Of a stretch of 39,309 bases of DNA, positions 18,201 through 25,100 are shown piece after piece. The stretch covers positions 1 to 39,309 of the forward strand of contig JBIIYD010000002.1 in assembly GCA_044347005.1 (NCBI GenBank). Reading direction: 5' to 3'. The translations under genes and the position numbers were made by a program. Position 1 is the first letter of the stretch, and every line of letters starts with the position of its first letter. A model generated the notes under the pieces. It was given only the letters and a program-made list of their open reading frames with translations, searched no databases and was not told the origin of the DNA. This DNA is from Flavobacteriales bacterium (GTDB lineage: Bacteria > Bacteroidota > Bacteroidia > Flavobacteriales_F > PHOS-HE28).

Positions 18201-20977
18201 CCAGGCTGCGAAGTACCCGGCGTGAAGGTGCCCGACACGGAATTGCTGTTGGGGTCGATCCATTGTCCACTTCCATTAGGACTACCACCGAGCAGGGATA
18301 TCAAACCGAACGGACCATTGCTACTGCACACCGTGGTGCTGCTGGCAATACCGGCATTGGGTGCGATGACCTTGACCACTAGTACCGTAGCGGATGCATT
18401 CGCACAGGGCAGGTTGCCAGCGACCGTGTAGGTGTACGTTCCGGCGGGATCGCTGGCTGGCAAATACAAGCCGGGATGCGCCAAGGCATTGGGGCCGGTC
18501 CAAGTGCCACCTGGTTCCGGTGAGCCATTGAGCAACAAGAAGAGGTTGGTAACGGAAGCATCGCTGCACACCGTTAGGTTGCCATTGGTACCAGGTTCCG
18601 GAGCTGGCACAACGATCACTTCCACGGTGGATTGGTCGTTGGCACAAGGTGCGGTGCCAACAACAGTATACTGGTACGTGCCGGCTACATCCGTTCCCGG
18701 CACGAAGGTGATGCCATGGGAACCGCCGCCCGGGGCTACCCAGGATCCGCTGGGGTCGGGTGTGCCACCAAGGAACGAAGACAACTGAAAAGTAGCGTCA
18801 TTGGAACATACCGTAACGCTGGAGCTTACCCCGGCATCGGGTGCTTCTACGATCGAAACACCCACCACGGCGGAAGCATCAGCGCAAGGAACAAGACCTT
18901 GCACGGTATAGGTGTACTGGCCCGGTGCATCCGTGCCGGGAATGAACTGGGCACCGTGTGGTCCATTCGGTCCGGCCCATGTGCCTCCGACATCGGGCAA
19001 GCCACCCAGTTGGTCGAACAGATCGAAAGCAGCGTCGTTCGAACAACTTGCAATGGACGCGTTAACACCAGCTACCGGCGCGGTATTCACCGATACCAGC
19101 ACATCCGCTATGGCTGCCTGGCAAGGAGCCAGACCAACGACCGTATACCGGTACGATCCGGGAATGGCCGTGCCCGGCATGAACATTCCGGAACTGGGCA
19201 GGCTATTCGGATCGGACCATGTACCACCCACGTCCGGGTCGCCTCCCAGGACCGTGAAAAGGGAGAGCGTTCCATCAGTGCTGCAAAGGGTGATCTGGGC
19301 ATTCGAACCTGCCAACGGAGCACGATTCACCGTTATGTTCAACGTTGCACTGGCATTCGAGCATGGCGTCGTGCCTGGAACTGTGTACACATACGCTCCT
19401 GAAACGCCTGAAGCTGGATCGAAGCTGTCGCTTTGCGGTCCATTGGGTCCTACCCAAGTACCGCCTGGATCCGGGCTACCACCCAATTCGGCCAATAGGG
19501 AAAAGGGTACTGCATCACTGCAAATAGCAATGCTCCTATTGGTCCCAGGTGAGGGCGCAAGAACTACTACGACCTCGACCGTAGCCAAGGCTGGGGCACA
19601 CGGTGGGAGGCCCAACACTGTATAAGTGTACAACCCCGGTGCGGATAGCCCGGGAGTAAAGGTTCCGGATACCGGCGTTCCGCCCGGTCCGGTCCACGTG
19701 CCGCCCGGATCGGGTGAACCACCGAGCTGGCTACGCAGATCGAGCGGAACGTTGTTGGAGCACACCGTGACGGTTGCGGAAATGCCTGCATCCGGCCTTG
19801 TATTCACCTGCACGGTCACTTGGGCCGAGGCATCACTGCATGGTGAATTGCCGGCGACGGTGTAGGTATACACCCCATCAGGGTCCGACCCTGGGTCGAA
19901 ACCGGCCGAAGCCGCACCAAGCGGACCTTCCCAGCTTCCACCGGGGTCGGGCACGCCGGCCAAGGCAAGGAACAAGTCCTGTTCAGGATCATCGCTGCAC
20001 AACGTGATGGCTGCATCACTTCCGGCATCGGGTGCATCAACGACCGCTATGGTCAACGTGGATGAAGCATTGGCACAGGGCGCTTGACCGATCAACGTAT
20101 AGGTGTACGTCCCGGGCTGGTCCGTAGCGGGATCGAAACTGGACCCATGCGGCTGCCCTAATGGATTCGTCCATACGCCCCCGGCTTCCGGTATACCGCC
20201 GAGCCGACCACGCATGGAAAAAGGCACGACATTGCCACATACCGTAATGGAGGCGCTCAACCCTGGATCGCGCGCTTGCGTTACCGATACGCTTACGATG
20301 GCGCTTGCATCAGGACATGGTGCCGGACCCGTTACCGTATAGGTATAGTCGCCCGGTTGGTCCGTGGCCGGGTCGAACGTACCGCTGTGGGGGGCACCAT
20401 CGGGGTCGGTCCATTGGCCACCAACATCCGGGGTGCCCTGCAGGATATCGAAGAGCGCAAAAGGGGCACCGGAGGAGCACACCGAAGTGATCCCAGCCTC
20501 TCCGGCATCGGGGCCGGTCGTTATCTCAGCGACCCAACCTGTCGCAACACCTGCAGCATTGCTTTCCCAAAAAAAGGTCAGACATCCGGAAGGGTCGAGT
20601 GATGTGAAGGTCTGCCCGACCAAGGGCGTGGAATTGTCAGCTACAATGAGGACCGCGCCAGCCGTGGAGCTACCGGAATGGATGGTCAACTGTTCACCGG
20701 GACCCGGTGCGATATTCCATTGGGTGAAGACGATGGACGTCTGTGGTCCGGAGCCGGACCCACCTGACGGGCATAGCGTGGTCGTGATGGACTGGTTGTT
20801 CCCATAATCCCCGTTTTCTCCTCCGGGATCCACGAATATCCCGGAGCAGAATTCGTGCACCACACCATCCACTGCGATGCAAACCTGTGCTTGCGCGGAA
20901 CCCAAATAGGCCACACCGACGAGCAGCAAGGCGACGCGGGAGAGCATTACGGACAGAAACCCTGACTTCACCTTCAT
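12233..20977 (-). CDS. Giant (2914 aa) T9SS type B CTD surface protein or adhesin: CUB-like head, 32 tandem ~81-aa two-Cys Ig-like repeats, unique linker, gliding-motility-associated C-terminal domain
   Basis: Single uninterrupted ORF with signal peptide [30 protein letters not shown]. There are 32 copies of the ..GG.W.. repeat core. The C-terminus [36 protein letters not shown]...WDG...GTYYYVL...GYVYINR matches the CHU_C/TIGR04131 pattern. Confidence 0.9.
   Translation of the reverse strand: [2914 protein letters not shown]
12236..12517 (-). other. Type B T9SS C-terminal domain (CHU_C / gliding-motility-associated CTD) of the 2914-aa protein
   Basis: Last ~94 aa: [23 protein letters not shown]...[14 protein letters not shown]...[10 protein letters not shown]...[13 protein letters not shown]...LTGYVYINR. 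Confidence 0.8.
12776..20515 (-). repeat. 32 tandem in-frame coding repeats of ~243 nt (~81 aa)
   Basis: By-eye consensus: NAG.n..itVCs.d.pf.Lf..LGG.PD.GGtWtgPnG....G.F.PG...pG.YtYTV.G..PC....A.V.V.V..aP. I counted the 32 W-core motifs one by one (DVGGQW, EAGGVW, DPGGSW, DPGGTW and so on). Seven copies (13, 14, 24, 25, 29, 30, 32) are a longer variant of the type D.DG.G.L....FN......AG.Y.F.Y. Confidence 0.85.
20519..20887 (-). other. CUB-like N-terminal head domain of the 2914-aa protein (aa 31-153)
   Basis: [39 protein letters not shown]...[23 protein letters not shown]...VGQTFTS...[20 protein letters not shown] follows the CUB pattern: C..G.f.sP.yP..Y.....C.w.I, i.L.F..f....D.l.i.dG, l.v.F.SD.....GF.a. 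This is a motif-level call only. Confidence 0.45.
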
Positions 20978-21017
20978 TCCCGATCGTATTCCGTATGGCC
21001 TGCGCCGAAATGGGTGG

Positions 21018-21025
21018 CAAAGTTA
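21018..21025 (-). promoter_or_regulatory. Candidate Bacteroidota -7 promoter box (TAACTTTG) for the 2914-aa cargo gene
   Basis: The reverse complement of caaagtta is TAACTTTG, an exact match to the TAnnTTTG consensus. It sits 40 nt upstream of ATG 20977, inside the only sizeable intergenic gap (188 nt) of the array. A possible -33 TTG lies at 21048-21050, but the 22-nt spacing is slightly long. Confidence 0.35.
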
Positions 21026-21165
21026 CGGTCATAGACGGGGCGCCTGTCAATTTGGTGGCTTGCAACGCCTACCTGTTCGACGGTTCGCCTCAGATGATCG
21101 ATGGATCGCCCGACTTATTCCGTCATACACTCAATAATCGTTGAAGGACCTGGGTGCGCCGGACC

Positions 21166-22098
21166 TCAAGGTGTTGGTTGCACTGGGGTAACAGCCGGCA
21201 TGGGTTGTTTGCCAATGGTAATGGCAAGCATCACTTCGTGCGAACCACTGCTGTAATTGCGCAGGTTGGAGGTGATTATATCGTAAGAATAACCGAACTG
21301 AAAGGTTTCCTTCAGCCAATATCCCACCATGGCGCAATATGCATCGTTCGTTCGGTAGGAAGCACCGAGCCAAACCGTGTTCTTGTACCGGACAGTCCCC
21401 GTTATGTCCAACTTGGGGGGTACGGGGTCCACATACTTGAGCATGAAGGAAGGCTCGATGATCCAGTCCTGCCCGGCACTGAACCGGTAGCCACCCGTAA
21501 CATAGTAGTGGTCTTCCAATTGACTGAGCGTTTCGTTCTGGTCATCGAAGAAGTAGACCTTGTTCCGGAGCAATTGGGGGGCCGAGGCGCCGAACCAGAA
21601 CTTGGGATGGTAGAGGTAGAACGCGAACTTGGCATCGGGCATCAATTCGCCCCTCAGCTGATCGTCCATGGCCGGGTCTCCCGGATCCCGCAAGGAGATC
21701 TTGGAGCCATCGATCAGGAATTGGAGCAGGCCGGCCGATAAGCCCAAGGAGAGCTTCAGGTCCTCGGTGAGCTTCAAGTGGTAGGCGTAGGAGAACTGCA
21801 CACCTGTGCGCCGTGTAGGGCCGACGATATCGGTGAAGAGGTATCCTCCCACCCCCATTTTGTTCCCGATAGGCGATGTGCCGCTCAAGGTGAAGGTGCG
21901 CGGGGCATCCTGTACGCCGACCCATTGGTAGCGGTGTCCACTGCGCAGTTCGAAGAAAGGCCTGCTCCCCGCTACGGCCGGGTTGAAGACATAATCGTTG
22001 AACTGGTATTGGGAGAGTTGGGGCAACTGCTGTGCATGCGCGGTGTGCAGCAACACGGTGACCAGTGCCGTAAGGAGGGTTCTGCGTAGTGTCTCCAT
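21166..22098 (-). CDS. PorP/SprF-family T9SS outer-membrane protein (SprF-like partner of the SprB-repeat giant)
   Basis: 310 aa, with its ATG 4 nt after the giant's stop. Signal peptide METLRRTLLTALVTVLLHTAHAQQ is followed by LPQLSQYQFNDYVFNPAVAGS, the PorP/SprF signature. The remainder looks like a beta-barrel. Confidence 0.85.
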   Translation of the reverse strand: METLRRTLLTALVTVLLHTAHAQQLPQLSQYQFNDYVFNPAVAGSRPFFELRSGHRYQWVGVQDAPRTFTLSGTSPIGNKMGVGGYLFTDIVGPTRRTGVQFSYAYHLKLTEDLKLSLGLSAGLLQFLIDGSKISLRDPGDPAMDDQLRGELMPDAKFAFYLYHPKFWFGASAPQLLRNKVYFFDDQNETLSQLEDHYYVTGGYRFSAGQDWIIEPSFMLKYVDPVPPKLDITGTVRYKNTVWLGASYRTNDAYCAMVGYWLKETFQFGYSYDIITSNLRNYSSGSHEVMLAITIGKQPMPAVTPVQPTP

Positions 22099-22102
22099 GG
22101 GA

Positions 22103-25100
22103 TCAGCGGATCACGGTGAGTGGGCCGGTATACGCATCCGGGAATTCCGGATCGTTGAGTTTGACCACGTAGTAATAGGTACCCACCGGGACCGGACCAC
22201 CCTGGTAGCGTCCATCCCATGGGTCCCGGTATCCCACGCTTCGGAAGAGCATTTCACCCCACCGGTTGTAGATCTCGACCTCGGCCTGGGGGAAGAGGTC
22301 GATAAAGTCGATGACCCAGGTATCGTTCCAACCATCGCCGTTCGGTGTGAAGCCGGTGGGTATCGATACGTTGGGCACGACCGTTACGAACACCGAATCC
22401 ACCGAGACACAACCGTCGTCACCCACGACCGTAAGCACGAACCAGGTGCTTTCCAACGGAGAGGCGACCGGGTTGGGCTCCGTGCCACTGCTCAGGAGCG
22501 AATCCGGGGACCAGCTGAAGGTGGAGCCTTGGGGGCCGGCGGGAGAGCCGCCGAGGACCGTTGTAGCATTCACGAAAATGCTGCGGTCGGCACCAGCATC
22601 GGCAATGGGCAATGATAGGACGACCACCGTTACCTGGTCCGTGGAAGTGCAAGGCCCATCGGCCACTGTCAGCGTGAAGATGTAGGTGCCGGATGCCAGT
22701 GTACCCAGGTCCACCACTGGGCTCGTACCCAGTATGTTCCCTTGCTGGTCGGTCCACTGATAAGTGACCGCACCAACACTGGTGGAACCATCGAGGATAA
22801 CAACTACGCCAGCGCAGGACTGCTGATCGACCCCTGCATTCGCGAACACCGTACTCAGTGCATCCACGATCACGTTGCTCGTGATCGAGCATCCATTGGC
22901 ATCGGTAACGGTGATCGCATAGGTGCCGGGCGCAATACCGGCCAGGTCCTCCTGGTCGGAAGTGAAGCCGGCCGGTCCGGTCCAAGTGATGACCACAGGT
23001 GCTGTGCCGCCTGAAACCGTGGTAGAAACCGACCCATCGGTCGCGTCCGCACAGCTTGCCGCTACCACCCCGTCCACTTGAACTTGCAGTGCCACAGGCT
23101 CTACGATGGTGAATTCGAACGTACTGTCGCAACCCGCGACATCGGTAATGGTGAGCGAGTACGTACCAGCACATAGGTTGGTGGCCTCTGTGGTTCCTTG
23201 GCCGTTCGGCGGAACAGGTGTCCATGTAAAGGTGTATCCGCCAAGACCGCCACTGGGGTTCGTGAGGATCGACCCGGAGCATTCACCACCGCAGGTGACG
23301 TTGGTAACGACCGCATTGGCCGCGATGGCAACGAAAGGCAATATCGTGAACGTGACCGTGGTATCGCAGCCGACCGCATCGGTTATCGTGACCGACCATT
23401 CACCAGGGCAAAGTCCGGTAACCTGATCGGTACCTTGTCCGGTCGTTGGTTCCGGCTGCCAGAAGAAGCCATACGGCCCCTCACCGCCACCGGGTGAAAC
23501 CGATGCGGTGCCATCGCATGGACCGAAGCAGGTTTCGTTCGTGAGCAGCAGAGCGCCGACGAGCGCATCGGGCGATGTTATGGTGAAACTGGTATCGAGC
23601 GAACAGCCATTCGCATCGGTGACCGATACGGTGTAGGAGCCCGAGCACAGACCTTCCACCGCTGTGGTATCCTGTGCAAGGGTATCTCCGGCAGCGTTGG
23701 TCCACAAGATGGTGTAGTCCGGCGTTCCACCGGAAACCACCAGCACGGCAGCTCCCGCACAATCACCGGAACATAGGTTGTCCGTTGTGGAAAGATCCAG
23801 CTGGACCGCTGTCGGCTCGACCACATCGAACGATGCTGTCGATCCACAACCGTTGCCGTCCGTGACTTGTACGGTCCATGTACCGGCGCATAGATCAGCC
23901 AGCGTTGGTGTCCCTTGGCCATTGGGCGGCTCAGGGCTCCACGCGTACGTGTAGGGCGCAGTGCCACCTTGGGCATCCAATTGGATCGCACCGGTGCAGG
24001 TTCCGAAACAATCCACAGGGGTCGTTGTACCGGCAATGGTCAGTTGATCCGGACCGAGGACCAGGACTCCCGTCGCAACGCTGCACCCATCGGTATCCGA
24101 GATCGTAACGGTGTAGTTTCCGACACAAAGGCCGGTCGCTTGGGGCGTGCCTTGTCCATCGATGGGCTCCGGCTCCCAGAAGTAGGTATAGACACCCGAA
24201 CCACCGGTAGGACCGACCGTCGCTGTCCCATCGCAATCGCCGAAGCAGCTCACCGAGGTGGTGCTCAGGTTGGGCAGGATCGGGTCCGGTGATACCACGA
24301 ACGCAGTATCGATCGTGATGCATCCGGTAGCGTTGGTCACCTGGACATAGTAGGCCCCTGCACAGAGGTCCACGACCTGGTCGCCGCTCTGGCCAAGATC
24401 GACACCGGCCCCATCGAACCAGGCAATGGTGCAGGGTGCATCGCTGCAAACGAGATCCACCGCCACGCTGCCATCACAATCTCCCGGGCAGGTGGTAAGA
24501 CCATCGGTGGTGGTGGTCTGTTCGCCGTCGGTATCGCTCAATGGAACGGCAAGCGCCGCGGTACACCCATTGGCATCGATCACCTCCACCGCATACAATC
24601 CGGCGCAGAGGTTGGAAAGGCTGTCCGCCGTGCCGAAAATGCTGCCATTGAGCGTCCATAAGTAGAGGTATCCGGCAGTACCACCGGATGCAGTGATCTC
24701 CACAACGCCATTGCACAGGCCGCATTCACTCGGTTCGCTGGTCGCTACGAGGGTCAACGGCGCTGGTTCATCGATGGTGAACGTTTCGGAGAGGGAGCAA
24801 CCCGCGGCATCGGTAATGGTCACCGTCCATGCTCCAGCACATAGTCCCGAAACAAGCGCTGTGCCTTGCCCATTGGGAGGTGCCGGCGACCAGGAATACA
24901 CATAAGGAGCGGTACCGCCGCTCGTTGTAACCGCTATGCTTCCATTGCAAGCTCCGCTGCAGTCCACCGGCTGCACGGTAGAGGCAACTACAAGGGCTGG
25001 TGGCTCAATGATCAAAACGGTCACCGTGGTGTCGCAGCCACTGGCATCCGATATGCTCACCGCATACACACCAGCGCAAAGGCCGCTGGCCTGTGGGGTT

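Noticed and set aside
12447-20807. Family of plus-strand ORFs with similar starts (MYVPAGSLAGK..., MYWPGASVPGM..., MYNPGADSPGV..., MYVPGWSVAGS...) that looks like a repeated small gene
   Set aside because: They are the antisense reading of the repeated ..PG.YTYTV.. segments of the 2914-aa gene, with GTG or ATG created by the complement of TAC/CAT codons. Their periodicity simply copies the sense-strand repeat. No independent coding signal is present.
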